DNA of 52,765 nt, filler included, from Sphacelaria rigidula (taxonomy: Eukaryota), in assembly GCA_964200075.2 (NCBI GenBank). It is 4 parts of 4 records of this genome, joined end to end, with 100 filler letters (N's around TTAATTAATTAA, not from the genome) between each part and the next. Parts side by side here need not be neighbours in the genome. Positions count along the whole stretch, not along the records: positions 13,218 to 26,334 come from CAXNAA020003141.1; positions 26,435 to 39,550 come from CAXNAA020003142.1; 2 more parts are not named here. One strand, written 5' to 3'. Under the pieces are notes generated by a model. The model was not told the origin of the DNA and did not search any database. It was given only the letters and a program-made list of their open reading frames with translations. A program made the translations under genes and the position numbers. This document shows, piece by piece, positions 25,429 through 36,215 of this stretch. Every line of letters begins with the position of its first letter. The first letter of the stretch is position 1.

Positions 25429-26334
25429 CAACCTCTTTGACTCTGCTTCTGGCAGACCCTCTCGACGTAGATACGCCTTGAGCTGGTCTTATTTCTTGCA
25501 AGCTGATCAGGCCTGCAGAATCACCCTGGCTTGATGTCTCAGCCTTTGTTCAATGGACCCAGTAAACCTTTGTTGTAGACTTCTGTTCATTAACGCTAGT
25601 CAGCGGCGCGGACTCCTCCTATGACGGGCACGTAGACTTCCGCATCTGCAGTTAGTTGCTCATGTATCAATCCTAGCTGTTCATTGTTCCAGAGAGCATC
25701 GTCCCTGCTGCTTCTCTCACAGAGGGAATGACTGCTAGCAATCGAGATAAAAACACGCACGGAGTCCACCGGTCATATTCGCAGACCCGCAACCCATCAA
25801 CCAGCGGTGAACATGTCTGCTACACATTGTCCGGACTGCCCACTGGTACCTAACATAGGAAGTAATCATGGACGGAGTCTACAGGACGCAGTAAAGCATA
25901 CCGCCGAACACTACCGAGTGCCGGCACTCTGTCCAGTGTCGTAGCACTGTGCAGTGTTGGAACACCATCACGCGGGACACCATTACGCGGGACCAAAAGG
26001 TGATCGAAGAGGGTGCCTGTGTGTTTGTCCTACTCGGCGTTGTGAAAGAGCAGACTTGTACGTGAAGACGTAGTGGCTGTTAAGCGGTCGTTCAAGTGTA
26101 CCATGTGGATGAAGAGGTGCCAAGGTTGTTGGGAAGTCGAGCTGCGAGCTGGCTAGGTGATCCTTTTTTACTGCTTTTTGACTTCTGTACGCGGAGCAAG
26201 AGGACAAAGTTGCGTGCATTGTCTGGATGACCTTGATTGTGGACTGTTGCAGCGGTGAAGGCATATTTCAGCATATAGCCTCTGCCAGACGATCTGGACA
26301 AGATGGCTATTCAGTGAGGGACTTGTCCAGAATC

Positions 26335-26434
26335 NNNNNNNNNNNNNNNNNNNNNNNNNNNNNNNNNNNNNNNNNNNNTTAATTAATTAANNNNNNNNNN
26401 NNNNNNNNNNNNNNNNNNNNNNNNNNNNNNNNNN
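26335..26434. other. Assembly gap with linker
   Basis: 100-nt N run with ttaattaattaa. Confidence 0.97.
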
Positions 26435-26880
26435 CTAGGAAAATATATGCCAGTCGTCGAAAGGAGGAGGAAGTAGATGGACAGAACTGCCTCTGTGGCG
26501 AAGGGATAGAGGGCAGAAGTCATATAGTGGCAGAATGTGAACTATACTAGGAGGAACAGGACGTGCTAGAGGGGGAAATGCGGGACGTGAACAAATGTGG
26601 CATGAAATCGTTCGATGCATTATTATCCAGTAGGGAGAAAACGATCATAATACTAGGAGATAGATGGTGGCCAGAGACGGCGAAACAGGACGGGGATAAG
26701 ATATGTGAAAATGTTTTGGTGAAATGTATGGAAGAAACGTCATGAGCTGCGGAAGAAACGTAACGTGCGCCGGAATGATGGAGGTGTCTCTATTGGGAGT
26801 AGGAACGGTGCTCCGTCTCAAAAGGGATGCGTGGTCAATGGTCAAATGACTGAGACAAGCAGCAAATGAGTACCCCCCCC
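26435..26880 (+). mobile_element. 3' end of a LINE ORF2 (C-terminal zinc-binding region)
   Basis: Degenerate frame CLCGEGIEGRSHIVAECE...ILGDRWWP...KGCVVNGQ; the C.C...H...C pattern is typical of LINE C-termini. Confidence 0.65.
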
Positions 26881-26957
26881 GCCCCCTCCCTTTGCCGCAC
26901 GTGCGCCGGCTTGACGTCCAACACCGGTTGATTCTCCAGAAAGATAGAAGAGTGCCG

Positions 26958-27194
26958 CTCACCCCGGAAACGGGCTGCCTGAACAACGCCCGAACATGAC
27001 TTTCTTGCAAAGCACCGCGACTGCGGTTCACCAAGTCTTGTAGAGTCCCTCCGGCTTGGTAGTTCAACAGCGTTGTTCATCGTCATGAACTGCCAAGCCA
27101 GAGGGGTTCTACAAGACTTGGTTAATCGCAGTCGCGGTGGTATGCAAGAAAGTGATGTGCGGGCCTTGTACAAGCAGCTCGTTCCCGGGGTGAG
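26958..27194. repeat. Inverted duplication of a kinase exon: hairpin with 109-bp arms and 19-nt loop
   Basis: 26958-27066 is the reverse complement of 27086-27194, ~15 mismatches, no indels. Confidence 0.92.
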
Positions 27195-27226
27195 TACGAG
27201 CATTGCTTGGATGTTTCGAGCATTTC

Positions 27227-27444
27227 TGTAATGCCTGAGAGGATCGCGTGCTTAGGGGACCGCGTCGGAATTTGAACATCCCTATGCTTAGGGTTGGGGT
27301 TCGGGTTAGTGTTGGGGTTAGGGTCCGGGCCGTGGTCCCTGCAGGGACTGGCCCGATTGGTGTTGGAGTGTCGATGCCCGCGATGCCCGAGGTGTTTCTA
27401 ACTACGATGCGGTCCCCCAGCACGCGGTTCTCTCACGCATTACA
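27227..27444. mobile_element. MITE family C (TIR TGTAATGCGTGAGAGGACCGCGTG; internal TTAGGG-like tract)
   Basis: ~40-bp TIRs; other copies at 27746, 29002, 29530, 32660, 34310 and partial 25363. Confidence 0.88.
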
Positions 27445-27745
27445 ATGTCCGCCAACCATTTTTGATCTGTCAGCATATCATGAAAAAGGACAGAACATGG
27501 AGGGTGTTACTGTACTGCAGAAGACGGTAGAGGTACATGTTGGTGTTTCTGTTGCTGCAAGGGGAAATAAGACGCGCAAGGGTGCATGATGCCTACTCCA
27601 TGATATCGTTTTGTGATTCTCAGTTTTAGCACTACGTGGGACTCTTATGGATAGAAACATCTGCTGCGCGTCCAGAAAATATTTTTCACCCTATCGCCGC
27701 CGTGAGTGACAATAATATGAAGCATGACATTACGTTGCCTTCCAT

Positions 27746-27955
27746 TGTAATGCGTGAGCGAATCGCGTGCGTTTTGCATCGCATCGGAGTTCAAACATCC
27801 CATCGTAAGGTTTAGGGTTAGGGTTAGGGCTGGGGTTAGGGTTAGGGGTGTGGTCCCTCCAGAGACTGGCCCGATTGTTTTTGAAACACGTCGATCCTGG
27901 GTTGTTTCGAACTACAATGCGGTCCCCTGAGCACGCGGTCCTCTCACGCATTACA
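27746..27955. mobile_element. MITE family C copy
   Basis: tgtaatgcgtgag...ctcacgcattaca with internal (ttaggg)n. Confidence 0.88.
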
Positions 27956-29001
27956 TCGTCTATCTTGGCGACAAATGTCCTCCACTTTCCATTCCTGATA
28001 TCAGAATACAATTAGCAACACATTCCCCGAAGGCACGGCGATCGCATAACATGCATAAAGAACAGTACAGCGCAAGACTTACTTATATATATATATGTGT
28101 GTGTGTACATATAACGCCTCTCGACGTGATCTCTCCTTTGCATTGACATGACTCTACTACCGGCGGTAGTCGACAAGGGCCTGGACTAATGAGGTGAAGA
28201 TCATGGAGACCCTGAGCCATCCTAGTGTCATCGACCTTGTGGACTCCTTCGAGGTGTGTGCGTGTGCGATGCATACGAGCACCACAGTAGTGCAGGACGT
28301 TGTGAACGTAGCTCTAACCCGCGGTTGGTGAATCCGCAGTCACGCTTGTACGACGAATATAGCGTTGCCGTCAAAGGTGGTCAGCGGAGAGCTCCCGCCG
28401 ATATGTTGGCTGTATTCTCACATGGCTTTTGGATGCATTTTCCAGTATTCTTACGGCCGATATCGCTTCGTGCACTGGGCTTAGACTGGCTCGGTCTCTC
28501 CATAGGAGACACGGTCATGCGTGTTCCCTGTGCCTCTTGGGAGGTTTTGCCTCCACTGCAATCCCTTGTACCTTGGTTGAACGCGCGCCGAGACCGAGGC
28601 TTTCACTCTCTTTCTGACAGCGCACAGGTATTTTGGTCTGTCGACACCCCACTAGAGCACACCACTCTGCCCAACGATGGTAGGCTCGCGTCACAGGAGG
28701 AGTTGATCGGAATAGATATACCATTAGTCGGACTGGATTGCTGATGCACTAGCTCAGCGAGTATCCTGTCCCCTCTCTTTGCCGCACGTGCGCCTGCTTC
28801 ACGTCCAACCCGGGATGATTATTCAGAAACATGGGAAAGAGCCACGACTGTACATTGTGATGAACCACGAAACAGGAGGGAGTGTAGAGGACTTGGTAAA
28901 TCGAAGACGCGGTGGCATCGAAGAGGCTCATGCTCGGGCCTTGTACAGGCAGCTCGTGTCCGGGGTGAGTACGAGCATTGCTTGGATGTTTTGAGCATAT
29001 C

Positions 29002-29217
29002 TGTAATGCGTGAGAGGACTGTGTGCTTAGGGGACGCATAGGAATTTGAACATCTATATGCTTGGGTTTAGGGTGAGGGTTAGGGTTAGTGTTGGGGTTA
29101 GGGTCCGGGGCGTGGTCCCTGCAGGGACTGGCCCGATTGGTGTTGGAAGACGTCGATGCCCGAGGTGTTTCGAACTACGATGCGGTCCCCCAACACGCGG
29201 TCCTCTCCCGCATCACA
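29002..29217. mobile_element. MITE family C copy
   Basis: Duplicate of 27227-27444. Confidence 0.88.
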
Positions 29218-29529
29218 ATGTCCGCCAGCCGTTTTTGATCTGTCATCTTACCATGAAAACGACGAGACATGGAGGGTGTTACTGTACTGCAGAGGACGGT
29301 AGAGTACATGTTGGTGTTTCTGTTGCTGCAAGGGGAAATGAGACGCACAGGGGTGCATGATACCTAATCCACGATATCGTTTTGTGATTCTCATTTTGAG
29401 CACCACGTGGGACTCTTATGGATAGAAGCATCTGCTGCGCATCCAGAAAATAGTTTACGGATTGTTCCCGCCGTAAGTGATAATAATATAGAGTGAGATT
29501 CAACCTTCAGGCGGTACGTCGCCTTCCAT

Positions 29530-29727
29530 TGTAATGCGTGAGCGGACCGCGTGCGTTTTTCACCGCATCGGAGTTCAAACATCCCATGGCAAGGATTAGG
29601 GTTAGGGTTAGGGTTAGGGCCGCAGCTTCTGCAGGGGCCGGTTCTAGTGGTCTTGAAACACGTCGTTCCCAGGGTGTTTTGATCTCCGATGCGGCCCGAA
29701 CAGCACGCGGTCCGCACACACGTTGCA
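29530..29727. mobile_element. MITE family C copy
   Basis: Left TIR intact, (ttaggg)4 inside, degenerate right TIR. Confidence 0.82.
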
Positions 29728-29766
29728 CCATAACTAACTGCAGAAGTCGTCCCAATCCGATTTTAG

Positions 29767-29911
29767 GTGCGCTACTTGCACCAAAGGAGAATCATCCACC
29801 GGGACATTAAACTCTCGAATATGGTGCTCGACTCCAATCACGAGAACTTGAAGATTATCGATTTCGGCCTGAGTGCTGAAATGACTACAGGGCGTCTTCA
29901 GACGCCATGCG
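29767..29911 (+). CDS. Kinase catalytic-loop exon (subdomains VIb-VII)
   Basis: ag|VRYLHQRRIIHRDIKLSNMVLDSNHENLKIIDFGLSAEMTTGRLQTPC|gtgagt. Confidence 0.9.
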
Positions 29912-30479
29912 GTGAGTACGCAGTCCTGTTTCGACGGCGATGAGCGCGACGCAAACATATCATGTGCAGTATACCGCCCCACATACCGTTAAACGTGCCG
30001 CGTGGCCGTCTTCGGTGCTGAGGTTTTGGTGATGTCAACCTCTCGTTTTGCAATATGGTAAGTTCTATTAGAAGTGCAGATGAAGGAGGAAATTCAAGGC
30101 GTGATATTCATTTTTTTAGTACTGGAGGTTGAACTTGTAGCTCAAAGTTTTGAATCACGGTAGTACTTGCAGCGTGCTGTCAAGTGTATTCCCACCTTGC
30201 AAATGTTGCACCGGTCCTACTGTAGCGCCTTGGAGTGCCTTTTTCTCACCATATGAAGCGCTGGGCATCGAACTGTAAAACTTCGTGTAGTGGCTTCGTA
30301 CGGATTTTTCGATGCAGCCATAAGGTCTGAGTTTGCTATACTTTCAGTCCCGCTGCAAATGGCCCTTGAGGTCAGCACAGCGGCGCACGATGCATTCGAG
30401 ACTCAAAACACACATACATATCCACCGCTATTGTGGAGCACGAATATTATCTCGGCATATAAATAGAAACGTCAACGAC

Positions 30480-30908
30480 GATTGATTCATTGATTTGAGG
30501 GATTGATCGATTGATGGTTGTACATTAACAGACCCCACAGGGGTCCAGCCATGGTCACAAGATAGACGTACCCAAGAAAAGCAAAACTGAAACATTAAAG
30601 CGTCGAAGAGCACGCCATAGGAGACTAAGACGTGAAAAAAAAAAAGTAATAATGATTTAATAAGAAAACAGTCGATGGAAGCGAAGCACAGAGATAAATG
30701 GCCGACCTGAACCAAAACAAAAAAAAGAAGAGAGGAGAGAAGAGAGCAAAAAAGGGATAAAAAAATATGGAAAGGAAAACGCTCGAGGGATTCAGGGCAG
30801 CAGCGTAGATACAGACACACACCAGTCGGCATCGCAGAACCACCGACGAAGGGCATAATCAACCGATATGAGCAAACGATATAGATTAAAATTGGCGGCC
30901 TTGACATC
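30480..30908 (-). repeat. Probable 3' UTR fragment of a non-LTR element with an (ATCA)n-like tail
   Basis: T-rich minus strand ending ...caaccatcaatcgatcaatc...aatcaatgaatcaatc; short tandem tails are typical of RTE-type 3' ends. Confidence 0.45.
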
Positions 30909-32659
30909 CCGCCGGGAAGTGAGTGTGCGAGCCTCGCCGCTCAACCCCTCTAGCGCCGCAGGTGTCCAGTTGTGGAATCGCGTGCGTCGAATGTTGAGTA
31001 TTGGCGTATGCCTAGATATTTCTTTATGGTACTACATGCGAGAGGTTTCGGTGAACACCCCTGAGGTAGTTGATGTATTGTGATGTCGTGCCCCGCGAAT
31101 TGTTCTGTTGGCTCATGCTTTTGAACCACCTTTGTCGTACGATAGTCTACACCGAGCACGTTTTTCATCCATTAAGAGTGGATGAAGAAGGAAGTGTGCG
31201 TAGCCTCCCCCCCGAAGCTTGCTCCGCCTTTTTGTTCGATGCCGCCTTGTTTTTCTCTCGGGCTGCGAGTAGCTCCCACGGTCCTGGATCAATGGGCACC
31301 GGTTGTCCAGGAACTAGATGCAGGAAAATTGACTTGTTCATCATCGATGACAAACAGCCTGTTCATGTATGAGTTCAAGCAACCCTTAGCATCCCGCTCG
31401 CACGTGCGTTCTGAACCAACTCTTGCCCACCCTTCCGCCAAAACCTGCAGGAACACCCAACTACAAGGCACCAGAGATGGTGTCACCACTCGTCGGCAGA
31501 GTCGGGTACTGGTTGCCGGTCGATGTCTGGAGTATGGGCATTTGCCTGTACAGGATGATGAGTGGGTGAGTAGGAAAATAAAGTGGTAGAGGGACACGGG
31601 CGTTCGGGTCGGGCATAAAAACAGAGCGAGGCAGGGTGAGCAGGGGTGGGCAACATCGTTTGTGCACAGCGTCGTGGAACGAAAACGTGGATGGGTTTTT
31701 GCCGTTTGTCGTGCTTTTTCAGCCTGAAGTACTGGGCAAAGGTTCCACCACTTGACGTATTGAAGTCAAAGGTTGATTCCTAACATTGTGCTCTGTAATA
31801 TTTGCCTCGCTGCAGGTACGACAGACGGCGTGCGACAACGGTAGAGTGCCCGCGTCCCCGGGGGCGGGCTTGCTATTTTCCGTAGCTTCACACTCACTTA
31901 CCGTTGCACTACTTTGTGTTTGTCTTGTTTTCCAATGGCATGGCGACGCACTAATTCAACGCAGGGCGACTCTCATCACTACTGACAGAATCAACTGAAC
32001 AGTAGTACGCACGGATCTCCCACCAAATGCTCTCCTGCCGCGTATTTTGAACTCCCTATACAACAATGAACACGAGCCTTCTGCGCCGGAGGGTATGGCA
32101 TGGAGTACCCACATAACTTCCATTTGCCTCCGCCGTAAACGAGCGTTGCAGCAGATAAACGTTGGCACCACTGAAACCCTCTCAACGGGTACATAGTATT
32201 CGATGAGACTTGCACATCCTTCATACATGAGCACTCAGAGTTCGCACCGCTTATACCCGTATCCTCCTTCCTTCTGGTCCTGCATCAGCGAGCTACCCTT
32301 CACTGGTTCAAACCGGACATCGTTGAACAGGAGCATTCTCAATGATGAAGCCAAGCCCATAGCGACCCAAAGCTTGGAATTAAACGACCTTATCAAAAGA
32401 GTACTGGAGAAAGACCCCTACGAGAGACCGACTGCTCAGCAGGTGCGATGACAACACAAACACCGCTACCGCGTTGCTAGGCCTGCAGTCAGCATTATGG
32501 TTTACGCCACGCGATACCCGACAATACGTTGAAAAACACCGTCAATACATTGAATGCCGCTTGTTGAACGTGGGACTGCGGTGACACAATTGCCACGTAG
32601 CATACAAGTGCTGTTGATTGGTTTGACGGAGGGCTTCAGCTCGTCTATCATGTACACGT

Positions 32660-32862
32660 TGTAATGCGTGGGAGGACCACGTGCGTTTTGGACCGCATCG
32701 GAGTTTTAGCATCTCTATGGTTCGGGTCAGGGTTAGTGTCAGGGTTAGGATCAGGGGAGCGGTTCAGTAGGGACTGGCTAGAGCGGTCTTGAAAAACGAC
32801 GATCCTGAGGTGTTGAAATTCCGATGCGGTCTGAAACGCACGCGGTCCTCCCCCGCATTACA
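32660..32862. mobile_element. MITE family C copy
   Basis: tgtaatgcgtgggaggacc...ggtcctcccccgcattaca. Confidence 0.85.
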
Positions 32863-33573
32863 AGCTTGTTCTTCTGTATCTTGAATCTCATGTATCATCA
32901 TATGTGTACATCGTGCTGGAATCCAGAAATTGTGGGGTAGACTGTGATATCCCGAAGTCCCCATGCAAACCTTCAGCAGGCCACAGAAGTAATGAGGACC
33001 TTGGCAAATTTCAAGTAAATCTATCACAACTGCAAGGCACGAGACAGGGCATCTCGTGACTGGTGGGAAATATTGGCTGTCGACGGCTGTACCGTTCTTC
33101 GATGATACGTTGCCTTGGCAAACCTCTACGTGGCAGATGCCGCGCGACGTCTTGCGATTATTCCCGTTCTCGTGTTGGTCTACGTTGCTTCAAGGCGAAT
33201 GTACGGGAAGGTAGCGCGAGAAAGCGTTGGTGAAGTGTTCCAAGCCTCGAAGACCATTTAGGATGACGCTCGACAGAAGATGCTCGTGGTACAAGGACTA
33301 AGCTGTTTCTCCGTGTATCACGTTTCGACGACCGGCATTATACTCTTTTCCCGTTTTCTTGGGATGCGTTGTGCCTCTTTCATGGAAATAATCCCCTCTC
33401 TGCCGTACGTAGACGTCATAAAAAAGTATGGTGGGAGATAGATCTGCCTGGGGATTAAGAGGCTCCGAAACAACTACTAATACTCAAACATGGTCTTCAT
33501 TTTAGTGGGAAAGCGAACTTGCAGGGCGCAATCATGCATTCAAACGGACTGGATACGCACCCATTCGTAAACC

Positions 33574-34865
33574 CCTAAAGCATGTTGGGACCGCGTGCTT
33601 TTTGGACCGCATCAGAAATTGAATGCCCCAGTACCGACGTGTCGGGAGGACCGCACGGACCTCATAAACACAGGGACAGGTCTCCCACCGATCCTGGGCC
33701 ACGGATTTATCGAGGCAAGGGTAGCGAAGCCAGGCGAGGTGGCTGGAGCGACACAGCGACGACGTAGTGTTCCTTGAACGAGAGGAGAGTGAGGATATCA
33801 AACCTGTTTAAGCCAGACATCCGTAAGTCACGTCGAAGTCACTTTCGCATGTAAAGTGTAACGGGAAAGAGTTGGCACCAGGGCATTCTGGGGAGGTGTC
33901 GGTGCCTACCACGTTATTATGACCGCATCGACGAGCTGATGCTCGTTGATTAGAGGTACCAGGTGGCGAGACGACCCATCTACTCGGTAGTAACGAGTAC
34001 CAGATGTCGAGACGACCCATCTGCTCCGTACTTGCACGTACTGAAATGTAGTTTGCATGCAGTCTACTTCGTCATTCAAGGCAGCTTCAAGGTAAGCACA
34101 CAAGTCGAGGCCACGGACCTTGCTTTTCCCCTCCGCGGAGATGGCATCGCATCGACTCGGTCTCCACTTGTCTGTTTACCTTGAAGCTGGCTTGAATGGC
34201 AAAGTGGAGCTCATGCAAACCACACGTCAGTGCCCTGAAATGAGTAGCGAGCAGATGGGTCATCTCGGCATGAGGGACCGAGCAATCGGTTCGTCGATGC
34301 GGTCATCATCGTAATGCATGAGGGGACCGCGTGCGTTGGAGACCGCATCAGAATTTAAACACCGCTATGGTTAGATTTAGGGTTAGGGTTGGTGTTGGGG
34401 CTTGGGTCAGGGGCGTGGTCTCTGCAGGGACTGGCCCGATTGGTTTTGAAAAACGTCGATCCTGAGGTGTGTCGAACTACGGTCCGGTCACCTAAGTACG
34501 CGGTCCTCTCACGCGTTACAATGATGATACGGTAGGCGCGGTCACCTCCCTAAATACACTGGTGTCTCCTCTTTTCTTTCACGCCCACATGCGAGAGTGG
34601 CTCCCACGCGAGTTACAGTTCTCTGAATTCCATAGTTTTGAACTCCTCGCTCTCCTCCCGTTCAGAGCACACTGCGTGCGTCGTCGTGTCGCTCCAGTCA
34701 CCTTGCCTGGCTTCGCTACCCCTGGCTTGATAAGCACGTGGACCAGATTTCTCGGGGCGCGGTCCCTGCATGCATGAGATCCGTGCGATCCTCCCGACAC
34801 GTCGGTCCTATGGCGTTCAAATCCCGATGCGGTCTAAAACGCACTCGGTCCTAACACGACTTATA
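33574..34865. mobile_element. Foldback element with ~530-bp inverted arms and family-C-type termini
   Basis: 33574-34112 is the diverged reverse complement of 34162-34865 once the nested MITE is removed (e.g. accgacgtgtcgggagga / tcctcccgacacgtcggt; ttcaaggtaa / ttaccttgaa). Confidence 0.85.
34310..34520. mobile_element. MITE family C copy nested in the foldback element
   Basis: TIRs and ttaggg tract; interrupts the right arm of 33574-34865. Confidence 0.85.
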
Positions 34866-35914
34866 TTCCCACATTGCAAAATGGAGAAAAACTGGGTACG
34901 CTCTGCTTCATGCCCTACGGAGACCACACACACACCCCTGCACATGCCCCGGGCCTAGGTTTTGGACCACCCGTGGTTTCCTGTCAGCTTTGGTGCAATA
35001 GGATAGCGTCAACATCGTCCGCTACTGAAAGAGGTAATGTCATGGATGAGGATACCGGCGGTCAGCGGGGGACGGCGCGGCACGCCTAGGGGAGGAAAAT
35101 GGGGAGAAGAGGAGGAGCCAGGGGGCACTAAGAAACGCGGACGCTGGGATGTCAGGAGTAGAAGAGCCACCACTGTTTTTGTGCCTTGTGTGAACGTGTT
35201 TGGCTGGTATGCCGAAACTCTGCATTCCTTGTTACTCCTGGTGGGCTGGGGCGCGGGAGTGTCGTGGTGAGCGCAAAGGTGTTGTCATTTTGTGTAGCAG
35301 AGCGCTTCCTGTCTAGCTGGAAGGTGTCGGCAGGTGATTGGAGTACATCATCGTTCTCAGGGGACCACTATTAGCGCCCTGCATCGTTCACATGGCAAAT
35401 TATTCACCTGCTCCAAGTATCGGTACCAAGTCCTGGATGTATTAATACGCACAGGGTCTTTCTCCACGCCATACATTTGATCCGTGTAACGTGTGTTCGG
35501 CGATATGACTCGTTGCGAGGTAGCTACGGCCCACGGTGCGTCTCCAGATGATGAGGATTAATTTATTCACGCACACAATAATTACTCATGGTGTATAATG
35601 TTACAAGTATCTGGTTATATGAGGGTCCACTGATGGCCACTGGGGTGCCTGGAAGGTGGGATTACGGACGTTCGGCCGGAAATTTGACGTTGCCAGCGTA
35701 TAGGTTGCAACCAATTGAAGGTTGTAGGGACGTTGAAGGCAGGTGTACCAGTTACGGGCCCGACTGTTTTACGAATCGCAAAAAGGGGGCGGGGGGGGGA
35801 GGAGGGTCTACTAATGATCTTGCATGCCATGCTGGGAGGTGGGGTGGGGGGTGGGGTGGCACATGGCGGTATTTGGGTACTATTTTCTTGATGTTTGTGT
35901 GGCTGTGTGTCACA

Positions 35915-36215
35915 TACAATAGTGTTTTCGTGAGATTGAGAGTGAAGGATACGATTGAGAGTGAAAAGCGCTCACAGAGTGAATGAATCATTCAAGTTCC
36001 GAAATGCCCTGCTACGAGGCTTGAAATGCTTTCTGTAGTAGCGTGCCACTGAGACCCATGATCGAGTAGGATATCGACGTGTAGCTGTAAGTACATGCCA
36101 GTGATGGGGGTAGAGAAAAGCACACACGGATTGAAATAATGGCTAAGTTGAAGCGAATGAACAGGGCCACTCTCAATCCGCGCTCCACTCTCAATCTCAC
36201 GAAAACATCGTTATA
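35915..36215. mobile_element. MITE family B copy (opposite orientation)
   Basis: TIRs gtgttttcgtgagattgagagt / actctcaatctcacgaaaaca with TA at both ends; interior is the reverse complement of 5446-5740. Confidence 0.85.

Larger units (their letters stand above)
26868..29730 (+). repeat. Local duplication of a kinase exon-intron block (A ~26868-27955, B ~28759-29727)
   Basis: Both blocks contain acceptor region + exon + MITE C + ~300-bp spacer + second MITE C, clearly alignable. Confidence 0.88.
25990..32442 (+). pseudogene. Multi-exon Ser/Thr protein kinase (CAMK/AMPK-like), apparently degenerate
   Basis: Phase-compatible exons: ~25990-26116 (KVIEEGAC.., frameshift, VVAVK), 28178-28253 (NEVKIMETLSHPSVIDL), 28827-28964 (LYIVMN..GG), 29767-29911 (HRDIKLSN, IIDFG), 30348-30370 (MALE for APE), 30962-31028 (frameshifted C(W)SIGVCL), 32289-32442 (LPF..DLIKRVLEKDPYERPT); spans an assembly gap. 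Confidence 0.75.

Noticed and set aside
27812-27850. (TTAGGG)n as a real telomere or chromosome fusion scar
   Set aside because: Short, degenerate and always internal to MITE family C
27227-29727. Regularly recurring ~40-bp repeats suggesting a CRISPR-like array
   Set aside because: They are inverted termini of ~210-bp MITEs with homologous interiors, not direct repeats with unique spacers; the context is eukaryotic
31723-31741. cag|CCTGAAGTACTGGGCAAAG (PEVLGK) as the kinase APE exon
   Set aside because: Lies downstream of the subdomain IX remnant and does not fit the phase chain; likely chance
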